Assembly (NCBI GenBank): GCA_964016885.1
Contig: CAXHJY010001229.1
Location: forward strand, 1 to 64,000
DNA length: 64,000 bases
From: Eledone cirrhosa
Taxonomy: Eukaryota
Reading direction: 5' to 3'
Position numbers and translations under genes: made by a program. Under the pieces are notes generated by a model. It was not told the DNA's origin and ran no database searches. It worked only from the letters and a program-made list of their open reading frames with translations. This document shows, one piece after another, positions 1 through 11,495 of this stretch; the stretch's first letter is position 1; each line of letters begins with the position of its first letter.

Positions 1-277
1 TAAACAACACGCAATACTCATTAACACCATATCACTATAGAGACCTGTTGTAAATAAACAACACGCAATACTAATTAACACCATATCACTATAGAGACCT
101 GTTGTAAATAAACAAACAAATTCACAGTATACACACATATATATATATATTAAGAAATCCATACAATTGCGTGTGTATCGTAACTTTCACTGTTAAAAAA
201 AAAAAAATAAAATTTAAAAAAATTCAGTTGTCAAAAAATTTACTTTCACTTTCCGGAACGGCCGTCTAACCTATGCC
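1..277. mobile_element. Terminal fragment of a Merlin-related DNA transposon with a ~52-bp tandem duplication
   Basis: Highly similar to 17097-17262 (cacgcaatactaattaacaccatatcactatagagacctgttgtaaataaac...tttcacttt...cctatgcc); ends with the same CCTATGCC terminus. Confidence 0.6.
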
Positions 278-643
278 TATATGTGTGTATATATAATAGT
301 ATATATGTTTATATATATGTATATATATATATATATATATAATATATATATGTATATATCTTATATATATATATATGTATATATAATATGTATGTATATA
401 TATATATCTTTATATATATATTTCGTTTCTGAATTTGTTTAGCAAGATTCTTTATCTGAAATCGTGTGTGTTGAAACCGATATTGTTATACTTTGGGAGG
501 GTCATGTTGCCAATAAGAAACACACGCACACCAGTTGCTTTCACTTCAATTTAATTTAATATATATTTATAAATTTACAAATTTATAAATTTCTGGTTGG
601 TTGGTTGGTTCCACAACCAGATAGTTGTTTATATATATATTAT

Positions 644-688
644 AGTCATAGTTCTTTCGTCACACACTCTGTGACCTCTTCAGTGACT
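644..688 (-). ncRNA. Minimal type-I hammerhead ribozyme (mirror copy)
   Basis: Exact reverse complement of 775-819 in the left palindrome arm. Confidence 0.8.
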
Positions 689-774
689 GGGGATTTCTTC
701 TATCCTACGCCATTTTTCAAAAATGGCGTAGGATAGAAGAAAGGAAAGGCACAGAAACGAAGAAAGAAATCCCC

Positions 775-819
775 AGTCACTGAAGAGGTCACAGAGTGTG
801 TGACGAAAGAACTATGACT
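775..819 (+). ncRNA. Minimal type-I hammerhead ribozyme
   Basis: AGTCA-CTGAAGA-G-GTCACA(GAGTG)TGTGAC-GAAA-GAAC-TA^-TGACT: stem I AGTCA/TGACT, 6-bp stem II, minimal stem III; predicted cleavage after A814. Confidence 0.8.
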
Positions 820-1079
820 ATATATATATAAACAACTATCTGGTTGTGGAACCAACCAACCAACCAGAAATTTATAAATTTGTAAATTTATAAATATATA
901 TTAAATTAAATTGAAGTGAAAGCAACTGGGTGCGTGTGTTTCTTATTGGCAACATGACCCTCCCAAAGTATAACAATATTTAATATATATATATATATAT
1001 ATAAGTATATATATAATATATATGTATAAGTATATATATATATGTATAAGTATATATATATAAGTATATATAATATATG

Positions 1080-1119
<40 letters not shown>

Positions 1120-1128
1120 ATATATGTT

Positions 1129-1163
<35 letters not shown>

Positions 1164-1324
1164 GTTTATATATATATATATATATATATATACATGGAAA
1201 GTTATATTTAAATTGTTGGGTTACAACTAGTAAATATTTATAACTGATATAAAAGCACTCAACAAGTATTTGGAGTATATTTACGATATTAAATAAATGG
1301 AAACTATATTTATAAAACCATATT

Positions 1325-1390
1325 TATTTCATTATATATATTTCAGGGATATCATATTAACAATATGCTATGCCTTCCTCAGACAAAATA
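1325..1390 (-). ncRNA. Type-I hammerhead ribozyme in the Penelope pLTR (same sense as the RT)
   Basis: TATTTTGT-CTGAGGA-AGGCATAGCATATT(GTT)AATATGATATCCCT-GAAA-TATATA-TA^-ATGAAATA; palindromic stem III ATATATAT. Confidence 0.8.
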
Positions 1391-2706
1391 CAATATAGAC
1401 AGTTTTATAGATAAATAGATTTGACATACCGTTCAACATCGACTTGTATTTGAAAAGTTGATTTGGCAGTGAAAAAATTGTAAGCAGAAAGAAAAAAGAG
1501 AGAAAGAAGGAAAGAAAGAAAAGAAAGAAAGAAAACGAAGAAAAAGAAGAAAAAGAAGAAATGCATGTAACAAAATAGAGAGATGGAAAGATAGATAAAG
1601 AGAAGAACTTCATGTAAAGAAACAGAGATAGATATATATAGAGAGAGGAAATAGATAGAGATAGATATATATAGAGAAAAGTGGGTAGTTGTACATCCGT
1701 TGAATAAACGTATCAATGATACATTTATTTATTTATTTATTTATTTAGCTCTAGTATTAATGTAAGGGAGATATATATAGAGAGAAAAAATATAGAGAGA
1801 GAAAAAAATTTAAATAACCAGATATAGGCGAGGCGTAAAAAAACCCTATGTTTTAATGTAGAAGTATTAGTATGTATAAAAACCAGGCACTATAATGCAA
1901 ATATCAGTATTCCTGAATGAGACACGTATCCATAATGTGTGAAAAGTAATGATCTTATGTCTAGTTTTAAAAATTCATATGTTTATATGATAACTACAAA
2001 CATCGATGTGAATTTACGTGAACAACTCTGCAAATCCTAATTTTCCATGGAGAACATTCTCATTGTGCTATAAAAATTTAAGTATACATATATGCGTATA
2101 TATATACACATATATATAGAGTCTATATTAATTTTAACAATACTATTCTTGTCTTTACTCCACATGATTATCAAGCAGAAATAGAGAACAGATTTCAATA
2201 TATTAATAAAAAATATCAGAAACAAAAAAAAAATAATAACAATAATAGTAATAAATAATAATAAAATAGAAAACTAAAAAATATTACGAAAAAATATTAC
2301 ATATTAAAAATAAAAATATTAGAAAATACTACAATAATAAAAATAAACCACAAAGATCAACCCTTCGAAATTAATTGACAATATATTGCCAAGTTCATTA
2401 TAAGCATCAGAGTCGAAAACAGATAAAGCTAAAAATTATTTATCAAATCGCGTCTAGCAAAAAAACATTTCAAAAAGTTTAGGATGCCCATTTGGTCTAC
2501 ATGTGTTCTTATATTTAATATAGAAGTTTATCTAGTGTAACGTTTATTCGAAATATTAGGAGCATCAATTTTTAGGGTAGTTTAATTTTTCATGAAGAAT
2601 GTTTAAATAAAAATAAAAATAAAAATAAAAATAAAAAGAATAAAAAGAAGAAATCGAAAGATTTATCGGCTAGTTTCCCAAATAATTATAAATCAAACTA
2701 AATATA

Positions 2707-4187
2707 CTACATTTTAAATTTAAATTTATATTTAAAAGTTGAGTTTAATCTATGTTTGCAGCAACTGAATAAATTTGTCCGTAGATTAAGGGAATTTTTA
2801 GATTTTAGTATAAAGAATGTCTCCTCTGCGCAGAGGTCACATGTCTCAGAGGATGAATTAAAAGGAATCCCTCTTGAGACTATATTCCAAGCCGTCGAAT
2901 ATCTAACGTTATCTAGCTTAAGTTGCCAGAGTACGCCTGATAGTGCTGTTGAAGATTTTTTGCTTGGATCTGTGAAAGAATTCTTGTGGTTATTATAGCG
3001 AAGTTTAAATTCCGTCGATGTGGAACCGACGTAGTTAAAAGAATTAGAGTCAGTTTTAACATTACAATTGTATACTATATTTTTAACTAAGCAGTTGTTA
3101 TTTAACGGACATTTAGATCTATCTCTACAGTTACATTTGTTATCTTGTACATTATTTATGCTATTACCACTAGGTTTTAAGTTCCTATTATTTATTCCAT
3201 TAATATTTTGTGCTAAATTTTTGGTGGATGAGTAGGTTAATTTTATAGTATGTCTATTGAAAATTGAGTGATACCTGTGTTCTAGGGAAGCGATTATCAA
3301 GAGCTTTAAAAAATAGTTTAGCGATGTGGGTTTTAATGTTTAGTGAGAGGGGGGGGGGGGGTGGGGGGGGCAAAACCAAATTATGTTCTTAGTTCTATTT
3401 CTTTTTTGGCTTTTGGAATTATTGTAATGCTTTCTATTATAGTTGTTAAGGTTGTTGCCGTAATTAAAATAGTTGTTATTTTGTTTAGTTTGTCTATCAT
3501 TATCTATGTACATAATCTTATCACTATATCCTGCTCTAGCTAACGCTTCATTGTAGTACTGGGCTTTCTCGTCGAAAATCTTTCTATTAGACGAGATTCT
3601 AGAGATACGTTTTTGAACAGAGTTTACTATAGTGTTTTTGACAGATCTGGGGTGGTTAGAGTTAAAGCTGACATAGTTTAAGTTTTCATTCAACTTGTGA
3701 AAAGGATAGTGAAGACATGTGTTGAGATTTAATGTTATATCTAGGAAATTGACTATTCTATGGTTGTTCTCAATTTCTATTTTAAGATTAAAGTAATTAA
3801 AAAATTGTGTAATTTGTTTACTTTTTCTATTTAGTTCAGAGTTATTATTATTAATAAGTAAAAGCATGTCATCTCTATATAAACCTCCGGTAGTACCAGG
3901 TATTTTCCTATGTAGCGAATTGATTAAAAATAAGCCCACAAGGTCAGTTACCTGAGCCGAGTCGGATGATCCCATAGTTATGTCAAAATTGCTATCTCTA
4001 TCTGCTCTGGTCCATAGTTGGTCATTAAATTCTATCAATGTTTTCCTAGCCGATAATATAATGTGCATTTCATTGCTAGTTAAGTCTGTATGTTTGAATG
4101 CGTAATTTAGTGCCTTATTTAGTAGATTAGGGGTAATAGAAGAATAATAGTTATCAAGTTGAATAAACTTATTATTCTGGTTTCTCT
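2707..4187 (-). pseudogene. Penelope-like RT + C-terminal GIY-YIG endonuclease ORF, disrupted
   Basis: RT motifs FIQLDNYYSSI, ITMGSSDSAQVTDLVG, YRDD, VNFLDITL, SNHP; linker IIWFCPP and CNCRDRSKC; nuclease NIVY..YVGST..RYNNH, CDLC, CKHR. Frameshifts at the poly-C tract (~3350-3370) and near 3285. Confidence 0.9.
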
Positions 4188-4710
4188 CCTAACCACATAT
4201 ATCTCCCTTACATTAATACTAGAGCTAAATAAATAAATAAATAAATGTATCATTGATACGTTTATTCAACGGATGTACAACTACCCACTTTTCTCTATAT
4301 ATATCTATCTCTATCTATTTCCTCTCTCTATATATATCTCTCTCTGTTTCTTTACATGAAGTTCTCTTTATCTATCTTTCCATCTCTCTATTTTGTTACA
4401 TGCATTTCTTCTTTTTCTTCGTTTTCTTTCTTTCTTTCCTTCTTTCTCTCTTTTTTCTTTCTGCTTACAATTTTTTCACTGCCAAATCAACTTTTCAAAT
4501 ACAAGTCGATGTTGAACGGTATGTCAAATCTATTTATCTATAAAACTGTCTATATTGTATTTTGTCTATATTGTATTTTGTCATAGCATATTGTTAATAT
4601 GATATCCCTGAAATATATATAATGAAATAAATATAGTTTCCATTTATTTAATATCGCATATATATATATATATATGTGTTTATATATATATATATATATA
4701 TATATGTGTT

Positions 4711-4743
<33 letters not shown>

Positions 4744-4842
4744 GTATATATGTCGTTTCTGAATTTATTTCAGATTCTTTATCTGAAAACGTGTGTTGAA
4801 ACCGATATTGTTATACTTTGGGAGGGTCATATATATATATAT

Positions 4843-5190
4843 ATCATCATCATCATCATCATCATCATTTTACGTCCACTTTTCCCTGCTTGCAAGGGTG
4901 GGACGGGAACTGATTCTGGCTTGATTTCTACAGCTGGATGCCCTTCCTAACACCAACCTCATTTACAGTGAGTGCTGGGTGCTTTTTTGCCGTGGCACCT
5001 ACACGACCACTTTGCAGTGGAATGATATGGACCCCAGTCTCTATCATCTCATTTCTACAGCTGAGTAAACTGGAGCAATGTGAAATAAAGTGTCTTGCTC
5101 AAGGAAACAACACATCACCTGGTCTGAGAATTGAACTCATAACCTTTCGATTGCAAGACCAATGCTCTAACCACTAAGCCATGTGCCTCC
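4843..5190 (-). mobile_element. tRNA-derived SINE family A (RTE-type 3' tail, (GAT)n end)
   Basis: A box TGGCTTAGTGG, B box GAGTTCAATTC, core ccttgagcaagacacttt, tail ggttggtgttaggaagggcatccagc...(gat)n. Confidence 0.85.
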
Positions 5191-5199
5191 ATATTTGTA

Positions 5200-5542
5200 T
5201 GTTTCTATATATATATATACATATATATATGTTTATATATATATATATACATATATATATGTTTATATATATATATATATATGTTTATATATATATATAT
5301 ACATATATATATGTTTATATATATATATATATATGTTTATATATATATATATATATATATGTTTATATATATATATATATATGTTTATATATATATATAT
5401 ACACATATATATATATATATACACATATATATGTTTATATATATATATATATACACATATATATATGTTTATATATATATATATATATACACATATATGT
5501 TTATATATATATATATGTTTATATATATATACATATATATAT

Positions 5543-5594
<52 letters not shown>

Positions 5595-5623
5595 GTTTAT
5601 ATATATATACACATATATATATG

Positions 5624-5667
<44 letters not shown>

Positions 5668-5850
5668 TATATGTTTATATATATATATATATATATATGT
5701 TTATATATATATACATAAATGTTTATATATATATATATATATGTTTATATATATATATATATGTTTATATATATATGTGTTTATATATATATACGTGTTT
5801 ATATATATATACATGTTTATATATATATACATGTTTATATATATATGTTT
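5200..5850. repeat. Compound (TA)n/TGTT/CA microsatellite (others at 280-420, 980-1190, 6280-6560, 7525-7590)
   Basis: Directly visible; generates spurious YI-repeat ORFs. Confidence 0.95.
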
Positions 5851-5852
5851 AT

Positions 5853-6275
5853 ATAAAATATTTAAAAAATAATGAATAAAACAATGAAACAGTTCCTTAT
5901 ATTAAACAAAAAAAGTTCATTATTTAACGATCGTTTCTAGGATATATATGTGTTAGAATTGGCATGCATATTCAACAGATCTATGTACAAAATTATACAA
6001 AATTATACAAACTATCAAAATTAAATATACATACCAAACACATATATATGCCGTCTTCAGAAATATATATGCCGTCTTCTTTTTTTGTTTAATATAAGGA
6101 ACTGTTTCATTGTTTTATTCATTATTTTTTTAATATTTTATCTTGACTCTGTATTCCGTTTATCTTTCACCGAAAGTGATTTTTCATTGCATCTCTTCTT
6201 TCCATGATATCCGGATTACATTGAGTTCTTCATACGGATTGGACACTACCGTAAACTCTTGGTAGATTTATCTAC
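5853..6275. mobile_element. Inverted pLTR-like pair (5853-5914 / 6080-6141) enclosing a hammerhead
   Basis: ~62-bp near-perfect inverted repeat; flanked by (TA)n. Confidence 0.65.
5921..6065 (-). ncRNA. Type-I hammerhead-like motif with long stem II/loop
   Basis: TATTT-CTGAAGA-CGGC-ATATATATGTGTT...AACACATATATAT-CCTA-GAAA-CGATCG-TT^-AAATA; palindromic stem III ACGATCGT; base of stem II imperfect. Confidence 0.6.
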
Positions 6276-6562
6276 ATATATGTTTATATATATATATATA
6301 TGTGTTTATATACATATATGTTTATATATATATATGCGTTTATATATATATACACATATGTTTATATATATGTTTATATATATATATATATATATATATG
6401 TGTTTATATATATATACATATGTTTATATATATATGTTTATATATATATATATATATGTTTATATATATGTGTTTATATATATATACATATGTTTATATA
6501 TATATGTTTATATATATATATATATATATATGTTTATATGGATATATATATATGTTTATAAT

Positions 6563-6901
6563 GGAGGCACATGGCTTAGTGGTTAGAGCATTGGCCTTGC
6601 AATCGAAAGGTTGTGAGTTCAATTCTCAGACCGAGTAATGTGTTGTTTCCTTGAGCAAGACACTTTATTTCACATTGCTCCAGTTTACTCAGCTGTAGAA
6701 ATGAGATGATAGGGACTGGGGTCCCTATCATTCCACTGCAAAGTGGTCGTGGAGGTGTCACGGTAAAAAAGCACCCAGCACTCACTGTAAATGAGGTTGG
6801 TGTTAGGAAGGTCCTCCAGCTGTAGAAATCAAGCCAGAATCAGTTCTCGTCCCACCCTTGCAAGCAGGGTAAAGCGGACGTAAAATGATGATGATGATGA
6901 T
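6563..6901 (+). mobile_element. SINE family A
   Basis: Near-identical inverted copy of 4843-5190. Confidence 0.85.
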
Positions 6902-7523
6902 ATATGTGTATATATGTATGTATGTGTATATACATACATATATATACCTATCAGGTCACCAGTTAGTGCTACTGGTAACATGTATCCCAGTACAACCCGT
7001 CTCATGGTCGGGTCGTTGGTGACTAAACTTACAACCCCACCAAGGTTTTTTGGTGAGGAGGGTGACTTTGGACATCCTGCAGGACTAAAAACAAAACCTG
7101 TCAAAGGAGCTCTTAAGAGTCAATGGCCATCCAAAATCACCAGGAGAGACGACCCCTTAGCCTTTGTCAAGGCAGAATTCTAGAAGGAAAACTCTGATAT
7201 AACACCTGCAACCCTGATGGTATCCAATGATGTTGACTTGTTCTTCTTTTTGGTAAAGAGAGTGGGACTGGCTTTGTGCAGTGTGCTCACTATAAAAGCG
7301 TCACGGCACAGGCATTGCTTTATATCTGGAGATCTCTCTGCACTTGTCACATGGTACCATGGGCCCAGCACTATGTGTCAATAATTGTCACAAGTCTAGT
7401 GTTTGTACCAGAGTTTTCAAGTCGCTGGCTGGACTAAAAAGTCACACAGGTTCAGCGCATCGGTAGGGGTTCTCCTACATGGATATAAAGTAGTGGCCGT
7501 ACTTGAAAACGAGTTGGCAGCCA

Positions 7524-7592
<69 letters not shown>

Positions 7593-7810
7593 CAGAGACA
7601 GACTATATTGCTGTCAAGCTATCCATGCAGAAAATGAAAATATATAGGTTAAAATAAAAAGCCATCTATCAAGGAAGTTATTTTACCAATTTTTGCCCAC
7701 ACTAAATATAACTTAGAGAAGGCACATGGCTTAGTAGTTATGCTATTCATCATAAAGTTGTAAAACCAGATAGGCAGCAAGTTGTGATATTATATTCCAC
7801 ATTGCTGTGA

Positions 7811-8181
7811 AGGCGCATGGCTTAGTGGTTAGAGCATTGGGCTTGCAATCGAAAGGTTGTGAGTTCAATTCTCGGACCGGGTGATATGTTGTTTCCTTGA
7901 GCAAGACACTTTATTTTACATTGCTCCAGTTTACTCAGCTGTAGAAATGAAATGGTAGGACTGGGGTCCCTATCATTCCACTGCAAAAAAGCACCCAGCA
8001 CTCACTGTAAAAATGAGATTGGTGTTAGGGAGAGAATTCAGCTGTAGAAATCAAGCCAGAATCAGTTCCCGTCTGAGCAAGACAAGGTCAGCCGACCGGA
8101 CACTGCCCACAACAGGACAACTCGTCTAACCCATGCTAGCGTGGAAGAACGGACGTAAAACGGTGATGATGATGATGATGA
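7811..8181 (+). mobile_element. SINE family A, inserted into an older SINE
   Basis: Same head, core and tail; the older copy starts ~7720 and resumes (attgctccagt) after 8181. Confidence 0.8.
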
Positions 8182-8762
8182 TTGCTCCAGTCCACTCAAG
8201 TGAAAAAATGAGTAGCAACAATACTAGTGCCAAACTGTATCGGCTTTGTCTTTCCCTTAGACATAAGTGGTGTGGAGAGGGGAGACTGATATGCAAGGGT
8301 GACTGCTAGTTTTCTACAAAAACATTCTGCCCAAGTAAATCCATGGTCAGTTGGCCATGATCAAACTATGTCCTTCCTTTCTTAATTATATCCCATATAT
8401 ATAACAAATAATTATATCTTAATTATATCCCATATATATAACAAATATGCTGTAATAGATGATATATACATTATAAAATACTTCAATAATATATCAAAAG
8501 TTACCTCAGAAAAAATAAACCAACAATAGAGAAAATAGCATGAAACTGAAACATAATGTGTGAGAGCGTGTATGTGAAGATCATGTTTTCAACATCGGGC
8601 AAAAGATAGCAAAAAGGAAGTTGACTAATAATATTCCAAAAGAAGTCCCTTAGACTTTACATCAAGACAGAAAAAAGAATCATAAGCAGCATAGCAGTAA
8701 TGAGCATGTGCATGCACTCACACACACTAGTCTCCAGTAATACAAACATGAAACTTCTCAAA

Positions 8763-8768
8763 TTTATT
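8763..8768 (-). terminator. Candidate polyadenylation signal of PRPS (AATAAA on the minus strand)
   Basis: tttatt at 8763-8768, near the end of a ~1.3-kb largely non-repetitive AT-rich stretch 3' of the stop; alternatives at 9006 and 9817. Confidence 0.3.
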
Positions 8769-9277
8769 GTTGCTTCAAATACAGAAAAGCATTGAAGGAC
8801 AACACCACTACCACCCCTACGCACACGCACAGGAAAAAAAAGTTAACATGAAAATATCCAAAACTTTTTAAATGCTCAAAATATTCTAAATATAGAATTT
8901 ACAAAAAGAAGATTTCGATTTTAAAAGTGAGAGAAACCATAGCAACAATAAATGCAGTGTGAAGTGTGAAGAGTAACGTAATGTCTTAATTCCAAAATAG
9001 CTTATTTTATTTTCATAAACGGAACACGGAAAAAGAAATAAAAGATCAAAAATGAAATTTTAAAAGCACAAAACCTACTTAATTCTTAATGCCCTGAACC
9101 ATACAAAACCACATTAGTAAGATATTCTTGAAAAATAAAAATACAAATCAGTATGACTCCCTCACATTAAAATTTTCACAACAATCTGAACATTTGAATT
9201 AACAAACCCATTTTGTAAATATTTTCTGTCTATCCTCATAGGATGTTAAAGAGTCATAAAATAATTGGAAAATTATA

Positions 9278-9376
9278 TAGTGAAGTTCTGTTATAACGGG
9301 AAAAAAAAAATTTTTTTTAATTTGTAATGAGTGTGGACAGGGACTGAAAAATTTGTTATAACGGAATTTTACCTGT
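9278..9376. mobile_element. Tigger/pogo-like MITE in the presumed PRPS 3' UTR
   Basis: Imperfect TIRs (gttctgttataacg / gttataacggaattttacctg) flanked by TA. Confidence 0.45.
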
Positions 9377-10080
9377 ATGTGTATATATATATATTACACA
9401 TATATTATATATATATATAACATATTTTATATATATATATATACACACACACACAATATTTCTAGCCAGAAATTAGATATTTTGGACATTAATAATATTT
9501 TATCTTAATATCCAATCAGAGAAAAAAGTGATTTCACTAAAAGAAATAATAGAAGACAACAACTGCAGTAGCTTTTAACAAAAATACACTAAAAGTAGGA
9601 AGATTCTAAAGAACAATAGCATGCACATGCTTCTGTCAAGAATGGAGAAGAAAACTTTTAATAAATCTTGTTAATGAAAATTTTTGAAACTAATCAGATT
9701 CAATAAAAAATATAACAATTTACTTTGATTTTGGCCAGAGACAGAGGAAACTATATCAAAATTGTGAGAGAAAAGATTAAAAAAAAAAAAAAAAAGCAAA
9801 ACCAATTTCTGTAAATTTTATTTTTTTTTTTTTTAAATCCCCACTCTACAAAAAAAATATCTTTAGCAGTTTTAATCTGAAATTATGAAGAAAAAGCTAA
9901 ATTTTTTAGCTAAAGCATCATTTTTAGTTAAGTGCATAAATTTCATTTTCACATGCAAATAATATATTTCAAACAAAATAAGCATGCATGTTTTTCTTTG
10001 AAGATATTCTTTGTTTCATTTTTTTTATAAGAACCTGCATTATAAAAGTAGTGTCAATCAACGGGGGGGCAACACAGCAT

Positions 10081-10173
10081 CTACATTGGCACGTTGGAAA
10101 ACAGGTAAGATACAGACTCTCCATTGTGAGTACGCCGTACAGCCTCGGCTAAAATCATCGATATATCAATACA
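10081..10173 (-). CDS. PRPS1: PRPS coding exon 7 (terminal, TAG stop)
   Basis: ttttcag|TGT; [30 protein letters not shown]; 93 nt. Exon phases are all compatible; total 957 nt from ATG 45287. Confidence 0.97.
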   Translation of the reverse strand, partial: CIDISMILAEAVRRTHNGESVSYLFSNVPM

Positions 10174-11335
10174 CTGAAAAAGGGAAAGAGAAAAGAGAAT
10201 CAAAGAACATTGTGTATTAGATGCTAACCACTTGTGGTGAGATTCATTTCAACAACAGCTCATTCATTCTGATGAATATCAAAATGGCCAGCCAATAAAA
10301 TGAACAGGAGAGTTTGTTTATCATCATCATTATTATTATTTATGAGGTTAACTTTGCCTTTCATCCTTACGGGGTCGATAAAATAAAGTACCAGTAATGC
10401 ACTGGGTAATTGCTGGCCTTGTGCCAAAAGTAGAAACAATTATTATTAACTTCTAGATATATAACGTTCCTTTTAAAAAAAAAATTAAAAATAGGATGGT
10501 GAGTTGGATATATCAATAATGGGGACAGATAAACAACAATGATTGAAGAGAAATTAGAGTGAAGATATATACAACTAAATAAAATACCCATATATATATT
10601 TGTATATAAAGTCACACCTCTGTTTTAGATCAACATTAGTGATTCATTTCAATTGAAGCTTAATGCAAGGATATACACCAAAAGCTCGAGAAAATGACTA
10701 CAGAATAAAATACATGCTTGAAGCATCTAATATAAACATATGATGTAGGATAGGATCATGTAGATGTTTAAGTTTAAGTGAAATTAAAACACTCTTATAG
10801 AATTTAAAATGACAATTGAAGAAAGGGTTAAATGAAAATTAAGTGACTAATGAAGTGTTTATGAAGTATAACAATAGAACTTTTCACACCCAATACATAG
10901 ATATGAAAACATAACATTTAACTGTACAGAAAAGAAATTCATATTGAAAAAGCAGAAGGCAAAATTCAGTTGAACAACAGATAGATTTATGATGCCTGTG
11001 TAAGAAGTTGATGTTAATGAGACATGGGGATTGAATGCAGAGGATATGCGAAAGAATGGAAAAGAAATGAATTGAGCATGCTGGTGAAGCTAAGATGAGC
11101 TGAGAGAAAAACTAGGTATCAGAGGAGCCAGACGTTGCATACAAAAAAGAAGATTGCACTGACATGGACATGAAATGTGTATGGATGATGATAAAGAAGC
11201 ATGGCAGAGGAAGTTCAAGGAAAACATTCATAGAAGTGGTGAAAGTTGATCTCAGGATATTGAAGACTCGTCTAACCCACGCAAGCATGGAAAAAAACAA
11301 TAATGGAGGTAAAAATGATAACATGTAGTTCCTAC

Positions 11336-11495
11336 CTGGATTTTTGGTGCTTGCTTCATTCTATCATCTTGTGGTATTGTATTAGTAACCACAACTGCCT
11401 CGAATTGAGAACTGTTAATTCTTGAAATGGCTGGGCCAGAGAAAATACCATGAGTGCAGATAGCATACACTTTGAGTGCTCCAGCTTCAAGTAAC
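11336..11495 (-). CDS. PRPS1: PRPS coding exon 6
   Basis: ttcag|G; [54 protein letters not shown]; donor CAG|GTAGG; 160 nt. Confidence 0.97.

Larger units (their letters stand above)
480..979. repeat. ~500-bp fold-back palindrome (centre 718) of a Penelope-type pLTR
   Basis: 480-717 is the reverse complement of 719-979 apart from a ~27-nt indel and a few small differences; 24-bp perfect arms with a 1-nt loop at the centre; flanked by (TA)n. Confidence 0.9.
1190..4657 (-). mobile_element. 5'-truncated Penelope-like retroelement with 3' pLTR and an inverted pLTR copy, inserted in (TA)n
   Basis: RT and GIY-YIG ORFs; 4197-4657 is an inverted copy of ~1284-1776; hammerhead in the pLTR; (TA)n on both sides. 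Confidence 0.9.

Noticed and set aside
1368-1716. Hydrophobic F/S/L-rich ORFs duplicated at 4253-4586
   Set aside because: Low-complexity CT-rich pLTR sequence, duplicated by the inverted repeat.
1912-1948. CTGAATGA..GAAA hammerhead-like string
   Set aside because: The core has an extra base and there is no convincing stem I or III.
2707-4068. Naiad-type selenoprotein Penelope element
   Set aside because: The endonuclease is C-terminal rather than N-terminal, and no in-frame TGA occurs at Cys positions.
4938-5177. Recurrent 79-aa ORF MPFLTPTSFTVSAGCFF... (also 6576, 17323, 32498)
   Set aside because: Antisense reading of SINE A; the recurrence reflects repeat copy number, not a gene family.
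5181-6638. Long YI/IY-repeat ORFs (also 1042-1230, 42578-42853, 48230-49647)
   Set aside because: Translations of (TA)n/(CA)n/(CT)n microsatellites that lack stops by composition.
6563-6640. SINE heads as functional tRNA genes
   Set aside because: They continue directly into SINE core and tail sequence and lack a proper acceptor stem and terminator.
6950-7500. GC-richer unique-looking segment as an exon or structured RNA
   Set aside because: No recognisable protein or splice pattern. It resembles a LINE 5' UTR remnant, but I cannot support a specific call.
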